In this document: positions 15,016-30,803 of the stretch, piece after piece
Numbering within the stretch: position 1 is the stretch's first letter
Layout of the letters: every line of letters begins with the position of its first letter
Assembly (NCBI GenBank): GCA_951406725.2
Contig: OX597833.1
Coordinates: 17,360,001 to 17,424,000, forward strand
Direction of reading: 5' to 3'
Length of the DNA stretch: 64,000 nt
Origin: Octopus vulgaris
Lineage: Eukaryota
The notes under the pieces: generated by a model
What the model was told of the DNA's origin: nothing
The model's input: the letters and a program-made list of their open reading frames with translations, nothing else
The model's database searches: none
Translations under genes and position numbers: made by a program

Positions 15016-15247
15016 CTGGAAAAAAAGAGAAAAGAAATAATTATTAGATACAAGAACTATGTATGTATATATGCGTAGGAGTGGCTGTGTGGTAAGTAGC
15101 TTGCTTATGAACCACATGGTTCCGGGTTCAGTCCCACTGCGTGGCACCTTGGGCAAGTGTCTCCTACTATAGCCTCGGGCCGACCGAAACCTTGTGAGTG
15201 GATTTGGTAGACGGAAACTGAAAAGAATCCCGTCGTGTATATATATA

Positions 15248-15312
<65 letters not shown>

Positions 15313-16998
15313 TTGTGTGTCTGTGTTTTTCCCCCCGACATCACTTGACAACCGATGCTGGTGTGTTTACGTCCATGTAACTTATCTGTTCGGCAAAAAG
15401 AAAATGATTGAATAAGTACTAAGCTTACAAAGAATAAGTCCTGGGGTCGATTTGCTCGACTAAAGGCGGTGCTCCAGCATGGGCGCAGTCAAATGACTGA
15501 AACAAGTAAAAGAAAGATAAAAGAACGAAAAAAATATGTATGTATGTATTTATTTTTGTATGTGTTTATGGTGAAGGTGTGTGGTTTAGTGGTTAGGGCG
15601 TTCGGCTCACGACTGTAAGGTCGTGGAGTACTCAGCCACTTGCACATTAATTTCACGAGCAAGCTATTCCGTTGATCGTATCAGTGTTGCGGTGGAACCG
15701 ATCCAGAAAATACGTGGTTGCGACGCCAGCTTCTTAACCACTCAACATTCTTGGCCCTAAAGGTTAAGTAGATATAAATGTGATGAGGGGAAAGAATGTC
15801 AATCAATAACAACTATCTTTCATTTACTGACAAATATGGGAGATAACTCAAGACATATTTCATCGTTATGCATAACTCTTCAGCAAAGCATATTCACACC
15901 CCGCCCAACTTTGATGCACTGATGAATGAATAACTAAGCAAATCAACAAGATTGTACATTTATTGGCGTAGGAAAAAAAATTCTAGAATTCTTTTGGGAT
16001 TACATAATGTAGAACTGCCGCCTGTAGGTAAAACAATAGGTATGTTAGTGACAGCTTATTTAATGTAGCGAACATTAAAAAGCTATTTCGAAATGCATGC
16101 GATGAAATACAAGACTATTAGTTAACGAACAATATTATTTCATTTTATGCCAATAATTGTACAACTCCGTATATTTGTTTAGTGTTTCATTCATCACAGT
16201 TTAGGCTCCGAGGGATTATCGCAACTAGCAATCTCAGCTTGTATAAGATATTACTGTAAGTAGTTCGTGGCGGCTCAGCTTGCAACGTTTTTGTGAGTGA
16301 TTCATCGCGTGTCAGAGTCGACGAAAATTTCTCCCCCGGGAGAAGTTTCTTTGCTAATAGACAAACGTTTTTTCTAAAAGGGAGCAATGTCTCGCAGCCC
16401 CTTAAACATAACAGAAACCGAAAACAAGTGCCAGTCTCATGGATTCTTTTGATTAGGAAATCGAGCCGATATTTTAGCTGAATCATCAGATATTTTCAGT
16501 TTATTCAATTCAAATTGCATCGAGATTAATTTTAACTTCTTTCCCCACCATCTTTCTTTTATGTTTTATCGTTTTTTTTTTACCTTTTTTTGTTCATTCG
16601 ACTGTGACCATGCTGGGGCACCACCTTGAAGGGTTCAGACGAACAAATTAAACCTTCTGCTTATATTCTTTTAAGTCTGGTATTTATGTTTATCATTCTC
16701 TTTTTGCCGAACCGCTAGCGTTGATGCTAGCGTTATTGGTGGGGAAGCAAACACAAACACAATCACACATACACACACGCACTCACACTCACACACAAAC
16801 ACATACATACATATATACATACATATATACATATACATACACACATTCATATATCACCGTGATCACCGTAACCGACCAGGCTATCAGATGTTGCTACACA
16901 TCGCTGGTCACTATACGATTCGCATTGTTTTAGCCTTCAAATGACGCCACCCCGCTGGCTAAGCGAGCAGGCCAACACATAAACCCACCCACACACAT

Positions 16999-17043
<45 letters not shown>

Positions 17044-17345
17044 CTTCGATTAGAGGCTGTGTGAACCTCATGAAGGGATGGTTTCATCCAAGGAAATACT
17101 GGTTCAATACCTAGTATTTTGGGAGGAATTGATTTTCTTAGAATAATTGGAATATATATAAAAACATATCATTTATATTAATACAAGAGAAAAAAAGAAA
17201 ATGGAGATTGGAAAGATAATAATTGTTTATTATTAATAGCAAATTAATCATCATCTCTTGAAACAGCTGTAAGGACTGATGATTAATTAACTGTTAATGA
17301 TAAACAATCATTAACTTTCCAATCTCCGTTTTCTTTTTCTTCTTT

Positions 17346-17415
<70 letters not shown>

Positions 17416-19032
17416 AATATATATATACACATATATATATATATATTTATGTATGTATGTATGTATGTATGTATGTATGTGTACACACACACACATATAT
17501 ATACGAAAGGCTTCTGCAGTTTTCGTCTACCAAATTCACTCACAAAATATTAGTCGACCCGGAGCTATAGTAGACGATACTTGCCCCAGGTGCCGCACAG
17601 TGGGATCGAACACAAAGCTACGTCGTGGCAGAGCCAGCTCTTTAACCACATACCCATACCTACGTTTGTATCGTGTAATTTAAAAACAGCAACTGTTGAT
17701 TTTTGGAAGATGGAAATGAGTATCTGCATTTATAGATATTGGTTTCACATTTTGGCCCAAGACCAGCAATTTCAGGGAAGCCAGATAGCCGATTACATCA
17801 TCCCGAGTGTACAGCTGGTACTTATTTCATCAACCTCCGAAAGTATGAATAGTAAAGTTGACCTCGATGGAATTTGAACTCAGAACGTAGCGACGGCCGA
17901 AATACGGCTAAGCATTTCGCTCTGCGTGTTAACGATTCTTATTTTTTTAATACTCAAAAGGGGTTAAACATAGAGGGGACAAACAAGGACAGACAAACGG
18001 ATTAAGTCGATTATATCGACCTCAGTGCGTAACTGGTACTTATTTAATCGACCCCGAAAGGATGAAAGGCAAAATCGACCTCGGTGGAATTTGAACCAAG
18101 AACGTAGAGACACGAAATACCGCTAAGCATTTCGCCCGGCGTGCTAACGATTCTTATTCCTTTATTGGCCACAAGGGGCTAAACATAGAGGGGACAAACA
18201 AGGACAGACAAAGGGATTAAGTTGATTACATCGACCCCAGTGTGTGACTGGTACTTACTTAATTTATCGACCCCGAAAGGATGAAAAGCAAAGTTAACCT
18301 CTGCGGAATTTGAACTCAGAACGTAAAGACAGACGAAATACGGCTAAGCATTTCGCCAGGTGTGCTAACGATTCTGCCAACTCGTCGTCTTTTATAATAA
18401 TAATCATTTCCGCTATAGGCACAAAGCCTGAAATTTTGGTGGAAGGGGCTGGTCGATTTGATCAGCCCCTGTACTTAACTAGTATTATTTCATTGACCCC
18501 GAAAGGATGAAAAAGCAAAGTTGAATTCAGTGGCAATTGAACTCAGAACGTAGAGTCGGACGAAACACCGCTTAGCATTTTCTCCGGTGTGGTGACGATT
18601 CTGTCAGCTCGCCGCCTTGTTTCTTTCTTTTATAGATATTGGTTTCAAATTTTAGCACAAGACCAACAAATTCAGTGTAGTGGGTAAGCTGATTACATCG
18701 ACCACAATGCTCGACAGGTAATTTTTTTATCGATCCCGAAAGGAAGAAAGGCAAAGTCGAACTCGGTGGAATTCGAACTCAGAACGTAATGCCACTAAGC
18801 ATTTTACCCGGCTTGCAAACGATTCTGCCGGCTCGTCGTTTCTTGTCTTCCATTTTAAAAAGGCGCAGGAGTGGCTGTGTGGTAAGTAGCTTGCTTACCA
18901 ACAACATGGTTCTGGGTTCAGTCCCACTGCGTGACACCTTGGGCAAGTGTCTTCTACTATAGTCTCGGGCCGACCAAAGCCTTGTGAGTGGATTTGGTAG
19001 ACGGAAACTGAAAGAAGCCCGTCGTATATATG

Positions 19033-19082
<50 letters not shown>

Positions 19083-20044
19083 TGTGTTTGTACCCCCAAC
19101 ATCGCTTGACAACCGATGCTAGTGTGTTTACGTCCCCGTAACTTAGCGGCTCGGCAAGAAAGACCGATAGAATAAATACTAGGCTTACAAAGAATAAGTT
19201 CTGGGGTCGACTTGCTCGACTAAAGGCGGTGCTCCAGTTTGGCCACAGTCAAATTACTGAAACAAGAATAACGTAAACAGAGCGAATTGTTTTCTGCTAG
19301 AAATCGAAACTGCGACGAAGCTGTCGGTGGGCTGTATATTTAACTTTTACCCAACCACATTCGGTACCTTTATTTGTTAATCTATTTATCTTTTGAGCTT
19401 CCGTTTCCCTCCACACCGACCTCGTACAAGCACAATGGTCTACGTTGGCTGACAAGCTGTTGTTTACGCTACCCGTATTTTATCAGAGTTTCAAAAATAG
19501 GTGTGTTGGAGAAACATAAGATTCTCAGTTGAATGTCTGGTATCAAAATATTTGTTTAAGTCTTCCAAATAGATAACAGAAATGAGTGGAAAATACCTAA
19601 TTACCTGACTGATTTATTAACAAAGGAAAACGAAATTAGAACTTATTAACAAGTTATGTTCAGTTCAATTACTTGATTCTAAAAATATATTTTGTGGATT
19701 TTGTATAGACGATGGGAGAGAGGGAGGAAGACCTGCTTTAGATTCTTCGTGGTAGAGAAATCTGCACACTTGGAGGTCTTACAACATGTAGCTAAGGGCC
19801 TTATGAAATAGAAACGAAAATTAAAGACAGATGAGGGTTTAGAAAAGAAGAAAAATACCCCCAGTACAGGTTGAACAACGCAGTATTATTTGAACTACCC
19901 AGGGGTAACAACAGACGGTAGAATAATATTTTTATATGATTCGCTTTAGTATTTTACATATTTTGTTTATCGATAGTCCTTTTGTTGTTACGCAAAGATT
20001 AATTTATAGAAAGAGGTGGCCATGGTTGACTACATCAACTTCAG

Positions 20045-20425
20045 TGGAGGCGCAATGGCCCAGTGGTTAGGGCAGTGGACTCACGGTCGGAGGATTGCGG
20101 TTTCGATTCCCAGACCGGGCATTGTGTGTTTATTGAGCGAAAACACCTAAAGTTCCACGAGGCTCCGGCAGAGGCTAGTGGCGACCCCTGTTGTACTCTT
20201 TCGCCCCAACTTTCTCTCACTTTTTCTCCCTGTTTCTTGTCCTCCCCGACTTCCTACGCAACCGCTGAGCCTGGATGCGCATTCATCCATCCGTCGATGC
20301 TCTCGGTGTCGGGGGTTGACCTGCTTTCTCTTCTACGGCTTTTACGAATAGCAAATGACCACATTTCGGACTTCTTCCATCATGCGAGCTCTGGGACGAA
20401 GACCGTTCGCTCAACAACAGCAACA
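20045..20425 (+). mobile_element. tRNA-derived SINE family C with (CAA)n tail
   Basis: Head ggaggcgcaatggcccagtggttagggc...ggtttcgattccc; 13-bp TSD acatcaacttcag at 20032-20044 and 20426-20438. The same head occurs at about 12055, 41675 and 43826. Confidence 0.85.
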
Positions 20426-20589
20426 ACATCAACTTCAGATACTGGAATATATATTTCTGAGTCTGTGGTAAAGGTCACAGCTGGTTTTACCTGAATTGGC
20501 GCTCAAATGAAGCATTCACCTCGTTATAGCAATCACAACTTTCTAGCTACAGTCATCCTATCTTTCTGTCTAGTTATAATCCTTCTAAT

Positions 20590-21689
20590 CAGCACTGGAT
20601 TAACCCATTAAGCAAAATAAACACCTGCTTAGGGCATCAAGGGACGGGGATACCACTGAAATGAAAATGGTTTACGGTACGAAATAAATCAGTTTAAACT
20701 TGCCAAAATGATATTCGTAATGCTTTATCTCTACTAAGTATAGAAGCAGAAGTTTTTACGTAAAATTAATTTTAACGATTTCATTCATTCAAAAAAATAA
20801 AAAACGAAGGAGAAAACTTTTCAGATATAAATAAAATGGAAGCATACTTTTTTACTCTCTTTTACTTGTTTCAGTCATTTGACTGTGGCCATGCTGGAGC
20901 ACCGCCTTTAGTCGAGCAAATCGCCCCCAGGACTTATTCTTTGTAAGCTTAGTACTTATTCTATCTGTCTCTTTTGCCGAAGCGCTAAGTTACGGGGACG
21001 TAATCACACCAGCACCGGTTGTCAAGCGTTGTTGGGGGGGGGAGACAAACACAGACACACACACAGACACACACACACACATATATATATATATCTGTAT
21101 ATATATAAGATGGGCTTCTATCAGTTTCCGTCTACCAAATCCCCTCACAAGGCTTTGGTCGACCCAAAGCTATAGTAGAAGACACTTGCCCTTGGTGCCA
21201 CACAGTGGGACTGAACCCGAAACCAAGTGGTTGGTAAACAAGCTACTTACCTATTTCTTTATTACCCACAAGGGGCTAAACACAGAGGGAACAAACAAGG
21301 ACAGACATAGCTATTAAGTCGATTACATCGACCCCAGTTCGTAACTGGTACTTAATTTATCGACCCCGAAAGGATGAACGGCAAAGTCGACCTCGGCGGA
21401 ATTTGAACTCACAACGTAACGCAGACGAAATACCGCTAAGTATTTCGCCCGGTGTGCTAACGTTTCTGCCAGCTCGTCGCCTTACTTACCACACAGCCAC
21501 TCCTACGCCTACAACATAAACACCATTTTCCATCTTACTATGAATTTTGTTTCATTTTGAAAAATAAAAATTTAATTTATGGTTTATTATCCTTTAAAAT
21601 TTTCATTTATTTTTGTTTACATTTTGAACTATTTACATATACTTGAGGGCACCAAAACCTTTTAAGTGCTTAGGCTTAATCTGGTCCTG
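20590..21689. mobile_element. hAT-type MITE carrying nested SINEs
   Basis: Imperfect TIRs cagcactggattaa / ttaatctggtcctg; 8-bp TSD cttctaat (20582-20589) versus attctaat (21690-21697). Confidence 0.65.
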
Positions 21690-22939
21690 ATTCTAATCAA
21701 CTTATCTACCGTATTTGACGGCATAAAGTAGTACATTCTCTGCCCCCACTTCCCAAACTAAAAACTTTCTTGTTAAGGTTATCCCTAAAGCGTTTAATAT
21801 ACTTTGTAGAATATTATGGTTGCATAGCGAAATACGGTGTCACTACAGATAATTAATATCAACCAAAAACTGTCTTAATCATCAACCCGGGTCCTAAAAT
21901 GTGAAGCTGGACTTCCCATAGGCTAATTTTCTTCATGACACTCACTATTATATGATAATTTTAATCAAGACGGTCTCCTCTACCTAGCTTGATTCCATAA
22001 CAACAAACATGTGAACATTTATTATTATTATATGTACTGTGTTCAAATTCCGCCGAGGTCGACTTTACCTTTCATATTTTCGGGGTTTATAAATTAAGTA
22101 CCAGTGAAAAACTAGGGTCGATGTGTCTCCCCCACCCACAAAATTTCAGACCTTTTGCCTACAGCAGAAAGGATTATTACATATACTGTAGAAGCGGCGA
22201 GCTGGCAGAATCGTCAGCACGCCGAGCAATATGCTTCGCGGCATTTCGCCCGTCCTTACGTTCTGAGTTCAAATTCCGTCGAGGTCGACTTTGCCTTTCA
22301 CCCTTTCGGGGCCGATAAAATAAGTACCACTCACGCACTAAGGTCGATGTTACTGACTAGCTCCCTCCCGTAAATTTCAGGCCTTGTGCCTAAAGTATAA
22401 TGGAATATTACTTAGGATTATCATAACAATGGGCCAGCGACGTTTGTCAGTATAGGCTGATTCATAACGATATCCTCACCATCTTGATTTCTTGGTTTAT
22501 CGTTCATCTATGCTGCTAACCTATTTTTCTTATATACAGTATGGCTTTTTTGCTCTAGCTAACTTACTTTTGTAATATTTTGTAACGTTTTACCAGATTG
22601 CTTTGAATATTACATGCTTTAGTGCACTAAGAAATTTTTTTCCCTTGGATATGTACAGCTGAAATTGAAGTACATCTAATATCCTAGCGTGTCTTTTATA
22701 TCATTAAATGCATTACCTAGCTACTCAACATCTCTCTATATCAGCTGTTGGCGAACCGGGGTAAATTACTCCAAATGGCGTAGGAGTGGCTGTGTGGTAA
22801 CCAACCGCATGGTTCCGAGTTCAGTCCCACTGCGTGGCACCTTGGGCAAATGTCTTCTACTATAGCCTTGGGCCGACCAAAGCCCTGTGAGAGGAATTGG
22901 TAGATGAAAACTGAAAGAAGCACGTCGTATATATGTATG

Positions 22940-23029
<90 letters not shown>

Positions 23030-24840
23030 TGTTTGTTCCCCCAAACATCGCTTGAAAACCGATGGTGGTGTGTTTACGTCCCCGTAACTTAGCGGTTCGG
23101 CAAAAGAGACCGATAGAATAAGTACTAGGCTTCCAAAGAATAAGTCCTGGGGTCGATTTGCTCGATTAAAGGCGGTGTTCCAGCATGGCCACAGTCAAAT
23201 GACTGAAACAAGTACAAAATAATGGGGTAAAAATGAAATTCTTGGAGGTAATGAGGACTCTTTAGACATAAATAAAATTATCTAAAAAAAAAAAAACCTG
23301 ATCCTTGTTACGATAGAAAGTTTTTCTTCTGGCAACGCTGCCTCTGTCTCATGTAATTGACGTGTAAATAGGTTCATATAAATAGATTCAATAAAACAGA
23401 GTCAATAAACATTTTGAATCGAAATAATCTGTGATTTTCTTCCTTTCAAATCAAGAGGGTAACGTCGGCGTAAATAAATATATTATGGAGTGACTGTTTA
23501 AAAAGTTGCTCGACCTCTGCTCTAGATGCAGTCATCCCGTCTACCAATACGTCAATCTAACCATAGTTATCTCGTGTATCTAGTTATACTCATCTTATCT
23601 GTCTATAATCATCTCATCTCTCCAACTGGATTGAAACTACACAGAAATTAATCGGATGGTCTGTACTTGTTCTTAGACATTAGACATAATCTATTGCTCA
23701 GTTTAAAAGAACCGCCTGTTTTTTTGCTTTCTTAGTGCCTTTAGCGGATTTCAGTCTATAGTGAGAGAAAGATTCATGTGTCGGGGTTTCTTCACATATT
23801 TCACAAATTAATCTAAATGTCTCTGACGAAGCCATTAAAAAGAACACTGAGTGATCACAGTGCAACGTTAAGTGAAATATTTTGCTCAGGGATGCAACAC
23901 AGCACCCGGTCTGGGAATCGAAACTACAATCTTGCGAGCAACATCTTAATGACAAGGCCACGCTTTCTCATTAGCCCTTACTCTAGTTGAATTGTGCAGT
24001 AATTCTTCTCACGTTCCTGCATACTTGAACATGAAAATGGCGCTTCGTTGGAGTCTATCGTATCAGAGAATGACGTATTTTATAGACAAAATGTGTAAGC
24101 AATACATATACTCCAAGAGACATAGGAATACTATGAACTACTAGGCACGGTTTTGCTGTGTAGATATCACCACTTCAGTAGTAGACAACAGCCGGTCATT
24201 TGTAGCTAAATAGAAATTGGTATTTCTATCTACAAAAATCAAGGAATGAAATATTTGATGCATGCAGTGGCTCAGATGAAATTATAGGCAGGCAAAACAA
24301 CGTAGGTTATCGTTTCGGAGAAAATTTCTCCATGAAAATTTCACCAGACATACTTCTTATACATGGATAATATTATAATCCCTTAGAAAACCTTTTTCAA
24401 ATTTTAAGCCCCCAAAATTAGAGTGTTCTTTATACACGAGGGCTCCTTATACATGTTAAAATACGGTAACTCCAGTTTCATGAAAATCAGCATCACATTT
24501 CTAATAACCTTGCCATGTTCACTCTTGTATCCGTCCGTTTCAAACATTTCATTCTGGGCGCTGGATTAGCACACTTATTAGACTGTCTCGGAAAAAATGG
24601 CTTGCGGTGTTTCTCTTGCATCTTTTACTTGTTTCAGCCATTAGACTACAGCCATGCTGGGGCACCGCCTTGTAAAAACTTTAGTTGAATGAATTGCCCC
24701 ACCCCCAGTTCTTTTTTAAAGCTCGGTACTTATCTTATTGTCCGGTTTTGCCGAACCGCTAGGTTACAGTGAGATAAACATATCAACACCAGTTGCCAAA
24801 CGGTAGTGAGGGACAAGCAGTCATAAAGACATACATACAG

Positions 24841-24899
<59 letters not shown>

Positions 24900-25119
24900 T
24901 CTTTATTACACACAAGGGGCTAAACATAGAGGGGACAAACAAGGACAGACATAGGTATTAAGTCGATTACATCGACCTCAGTACGTAACTGGTACTTAAT
25001 TTATCGACCCCGGAAGGATGAAAGGCAAAGTCGACCTCGGCGGAATTTGAACTCAGAACGTTGCGACGGGCGAAATACCGCGAAGCACTTCGCCCGGCGT
25101 GCTAACGTCTGTGTGTGTG

Positions 25120-25204
<85 letters not shown>

Positions 25205-25259
25205 AGATGGCGAATTTGTCTTCCGTCTTCCTTTTCTATTCGACTTCCCTCTGTCTCCT

Positions 25260-25294
25260 GTTTCTGACGAAGAACTTAACTCGAAACGTAAAAC
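25260..25294 (+). ncRNA. Minimal hammerhead motif in a short PLE-type repeat fragment
   Basis: GTTT-CTGACGA-AGAACTTAACTC-GAAAC-GTA-AAAC: 4-bp stem I, intact core, stem III reduced to a palindrome (dimer type). Stem II is degenerate. Confidence 0.55.
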
Positions 25295-25500
25295 TACCTT
25301 TCTTTCCTTCCCTGAGCGTTTACTAATATTTTACATGTACCACGTCCTCGCATTGCTGCTTTTTCTTCTGTTTGTTTTTCGTTTTTTTTTTGTGGGGGGG
25401 AGTACTAAATACATACACACATATCACACACACACACATATACATACACGCACAACATATCTTCTTTCAGTTTCCGCCAATCAAATCCTCTCACAAGACT

Positions 25501-26147
25501 TTAGTCGGCTGGGGCTTGAGGTTGCAGTAGAAGACACTTGCCCAAGGTGCCACGAAATGGGACTGAACCCGGAACCATGTAGTTTGGAAGCCAACTTATT
25601 ACCACACAACCACCCCTGTGCCTATTCATATTTGTTCCGCCCTTTTTTCTTTTTTTCTTTTTTTGCATTCTGAGATGAAATCCTTCCAGTTTTCTTCAAC
25701 CTTTCACCTCTTGAGTTCTTTTTAGGCGTCGATGAAATAAAGTCCCAGCGAAACACCGAAGCCGATGATATCAACTAATTCCACCTCCCCAACCCCAACC
25801 CCACCCAGTCAAAATTGCTGGCCCCGTGCATTAATTAGTCGGCTGGGGCTCGAGGCTACAGTAGAAGACACTTGCCCAAGGTGCCACAAAATGGGACTGA
25901 ACCCAGAGCCCTGTAGTTTGGAAGCCAACTTATTACCACACAACCACCCCTGTGCCTATTCATATTTGCATTCTGAGATTCTGAGATGAAATCCTTCCAG
26001 TCCAACCTTTCACCCCTTGAGTTTTTTAGGCGTCAATGAAATAAAGTACAAGCGAAACACCTAAGCCAATGATATCAACTAATTCCACCTCCCCAACCCC
26101 AACCCAACCCCACCCAGTCAAAATTGCTGGCCCCGTGCATTAATTAG
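25501..26147. repeat. Local tandem duplication of about 310-335 bp
   Basis: ttagtcggctggggct...aaaattgctggccccgtgcattaattag occurs at about 25501-25838 and again at about 25835-26147. Confidence 0.85.
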
Positions 26148-26469
26148 AAGCTATTTATAGAGTGCAAAGGAAGACACTGATGCTAGTTCAATTGACTCAA
26201 AACTGAATCTACTTCAAAAATAGCCCAGTGCTTCGTGAACAGAAATATTTACATTGTAAAGAAGACAGCTAAGATACTATATACAGAGCCTTTAAAATTC
26301 TTTACGGGAAGATTGGTTTCGTTTTAGGTTTGTAAATTGTTTACTTCTGACGGGGACCAGAGGTCAAGTAGAGGACGTACCTGCTTGGATCTTGTATAAG
26401 CAAAAGATAATTCAGGCACTGACAGGCTTAGAATCTTCGTTGGAAGGGGAAAAAGAAATAATGTGAATT

Positions 26470-26650
26470 TGTATGCCTGTATGTCAACATGTATGTATGT
26501 ATATACACACTCATATGTGCATACGTGTGTGAATATATATATTTATGTGTGTGTGTGTGTACACACTTGCATGCATACATATATGCAAACATATATCGAT
26601 ATATCCATGCAGGCATACATACACACGCATACACGAGCATATATATGTGC

Positions 26651-26702
<52 letters not shown>

Positions 26703-27187
26703 TATATATATACATATGCATGTATATATATGCATATATATATATTTATATATATATGTATAAATATATATGTATATATATATATATATATGTACACGCA
26801 TACGCACACTCATACGCACACATATATACGCATAAATAATCAGACATATATACATACATGTATACACACACACATATACACGCATACATGATCGACACTT
26901 ACATATGTACAGGCATATGTTGCTCCTGGGTGGTTTTCAGTAGCTTACATACATACATACAAACATTGATACATACACACACGCACACATACATACATAC
27001 ATACATACATACATACATACATACATACATACATGCATACATACATATACACACATGTAAACATACATACATGCACATATACGCACATATACACACGTAT
27101 ATCCATGCACACGTGCATACCGCATATATACGTACATACATACGTGCATACAAACATATATACGAACGTACATACATACATGCGTGT

Positions 27188-27226
<39 letters not shown>

Positions 27227-27360
27227 CATATATATATATACATATATATACATGCATACATAGAAACATACATACATATATACATGACTACATGCCTGAA
27301 TACATATATACATACATATACACATATACATACATACATACACACATATACATACATACA

Positions 27361-27394
<34 letters not shown>

Positions 27395-27508
27395 CATGCA
27401 TGTATAAATACATACATACATGCATACATACGTGCATACATTCATACATAGGTATATACATACATACATACATACATACATTCATACATATATACATGTG
27501 TGCGTACA

Positions 27509-27542
<34 letters not shown>

Positions 27543-27624
27543 CATGCATGTATAAATACATACATACATGCATACATACGTGCATACATTCATACATAGG
27601 TATATACATGCGTGCATAAATACA

Positions 27625-27658
<34 letters not shown>

Positions 27659-27700
27659 CATACATGCATGCATAAGTGCGTGCATACATACACAAATTCA
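26470..27700. repeat. Compound (TA)/(CA)/(TACA) microsatellite field, representative of dozens of such tracts in the window
   Basis: Direct reading. Includes an internal duplication of about 150 bp (about 27381-27460 recurs at about 27531-27608). Confidence 0.9.
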
Positions 27701-29389
27701 TATAAACCAGACACACGCTAGCTCGAGAAACACACACGTAGCTACAGGCATATGTTGCTGCTGGGTGGTTCTCTATAGTTTACTTCAAGACAAGATAATA
27801 TAATATAAAAAAAATATACAACTTCGTAAACCAATGCGAAAGAACGAGTTTATAGTCATATATTTTTGACGTGAAACATTTGGATAGCGTATAGGTCCTG
27901 TAGCTATTTACTGTTGCTGAACAAGCTATTTACAAGCGAAACTATTTTAATAGAAGTCAGGTTTATCTAGTTACAAAATGAAAACTACAGTATAATAAAT
28001 ATTCGTCCTCATATATACAGGCAATCACTGACAATTATCTTATTTTATCGCTTATCTTTCAAGGGTGCATGGCTCAGTGGTAAGAGCGACGGGATTACAA
28101 TCATGAGATAGTGAGTTCGATTCCCTGACCGGGCTGTCTGTTGAGTTTTTGAGCAAAATTCTTTATTTCACATTGGTCCAGTTTCAGGGGGCTATGGAAA
28201 CGAGTTGCGATACAGTTTGGTGCCAAGCTGTATCGGCCTCTAACTTTCCTTTGGATGACATCGGGGACGTAGAAAGGGGGGGGGGCGTGATTTCATACAG
28301 TTTCCTATTTATTGCCCACAAGGGGCTAAACACAGAGGGGACAAACAAGGACAGAAAAAGGGATTAAGTCGATTACATCGACCCCAGTGCATAACTGGTT
28401 CTTAATTTATCGACCCCGAAAGGATAAAAGGTAAAGTCGACCTCGGCGGAATTTGAACACAGAACGTAACGGCAGACAAAATACCTATTTCTTTACTACC
28501 CACAAGGGGCTAAACACAGAGGACAAACAAGGACGGACAAACGGATTAAGTCGATTATATCGACCCCAGTGTGTAACTGGTACTTAATTTATCGACCCCG
28601 AAAGGATGAAAGGCAAAGTCGACCTCGGCGGAATTTGAACTCAGAACGTAGCGGTAGACGAAATACCGCAAAGCATTTCGCCCGGCGTGCTAACGTTTCT
28701 TATTTATTTACTACCCAGAAGAGGCTAAACACAGAGGGGACAAACAAGGACAGACAGAGGGATTAAGTCGATTCCATCGACCCTAGTGCGTAACTGGTAC
28801 TTGATTTATCGTTCCTGCTAAGCCAATTTAGCCTCTTTGATCTTCCCTTGACGTACATCTTATAATTTACTAAAAGTACTCTAAGACTTTTGACATACTG
28901 TTGTATTGCAATAAATACGCGTAAGCACAAGCTTACGTGTACTTCTCATACTGACTTACTTGAAGACACTGATTTACTATATGAGGTTTAGCTACTATAT
29001 CTCTCTCTTTTACTCTTTAACTTGTTTCGGTCATTTGACTGCGGCCATGCTGGAGCACCGCCTTTAATCGAGCAACTCCACCCCAGTACTTATTCTATCG
29101 GTCTCTTTTGCCGAACCGCTAAGTAACGGGGACATAAACACACCAGCATTGGTTGTCAAGCAATGCTAGGGGAACAAACACAGACACACAAACATACACA
29201 CACATATGTATATATATACATATATACGACGGGCTTCTTTCAGTTTCCGTCTACCAAATCCACTCACAAGGCTTTGGTAGGCCCGAGCCTATAGTAGAAG
29301 ACACTTGCCCAAGGTGCCACGCAGTGAGACTGAACCCGGAACCATGTGGTTGGTAAACAAGCTACTTACCACACAGCCACTCCTGCGCC

Positions 29390-29497
<108 letters not shown>

Positions 29498-29769
29498 TTC
29501 AATAAAAAAATGTATGAACATACAGAAAGTCACAGATGATAGAGAAATTGTTTCATGAAATTTTATTTAACTTCGCGAAAATTCTAATTTCACGCAAGAT
29601 TATTTTGTAACTTAAAAACATGCAAATTATTCATATTTTTATATTTAATGATAAATAAATTAACTCCATGCCTGCATTAATGCAAAATGAAAAAAAATTC
29701 CCTCAAAATAATGCAGGATTTAAGCTATGTTCTCAAGTGAAAGAGAGGCTGTTAAATATATATACATAT

Positions 29770-29842
<73 letters not shown>

Positions 29843-29846
<4 letters not shown>

Positions 29847-30014
29847 CGTGACCGACCAGGCTATCAGATGTTGCTACACATCGCTGGTCACAATGCGCTT
29901 CGCATTGTTTTAGCCTTCAAATGACGCCCCCCACCCATTGGCTAAGAGAGCAGGCCAATATTTGAAGGCTAAAACAATGCGAAGCGCATTGTGACCAGCG
30001 GTGTGTAGCAACAT
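29843..30014. repeat. (TA)n-flanked fold-back repeat; a non-folded homologue lies at 16855-16976
   Basis: atgttgctacacatcgctgg...gccttcaaat (about 29868-29922) versus atttgaaggc...gtgtagcaacat (about 29960-30014). Confidence 0.85.
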
Positions 30015-30219
30015 ATATATATAAATTAATATAAATAAGGATAAGATCGTTATTTAAATAACGAACTTATCAAGTGGTCAGCATAGGGAAAAAAACCTTC
30101 AAAAGTAATTATTATTACAATTGCAATTTATGGTATCTCAAGAGTCAAGTTTTGGCTGCTATTTCAAGCGTGGTGGTATCTCTTAGTTACCCTAAATTAT
30201 GATTTTAATAATAATAAAT

Positions 30220-30316
<97 letters not shown>

Positions 30317-30750
30317 TCATTTACTCTTTTACTTGTTTCAGTCATTTGACTGTGACCATGCTGGAGCACCGCCTTTAGTCGATCGAGCAAATCGACCCCA
30401 GGACTTATTCTATGTAAGCCTAGTAATTACTCTATCGGTCTCTTTTGCCGAACCGCTAAGTTACGGGGACGCAAACACACCAGCATCGGTTGTCAAGTGA
30501 TGTTGGCGGGGGGGACAAACACAGACACACAAACATATACACACACATACATATATACATATATATATATACATATATACGACGGGCTTCTTTCAGTTTC
30601 CGCCTACCAAATCCATTCATAAGGATTTGGTTGGCCCGAGGCTATAGTAGAAGACACTTGCCCAAGGTACCATGCCACGCAGTGGGACTGAACCCGGAAC
30701 CATGTGGTAGTTAAGCAAGCTACTTGCCACACAGCTACTCCTACATGTAT

Positions 30751-30803
<53 letters not shown>

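Noticed and set aside
19470-24468. Possible large decayed pogo-like transposon (ccgtatttt...aaaatacggta ends)
   Set aside because: The terminal match is short and coding traces are too degraded to support by eye.
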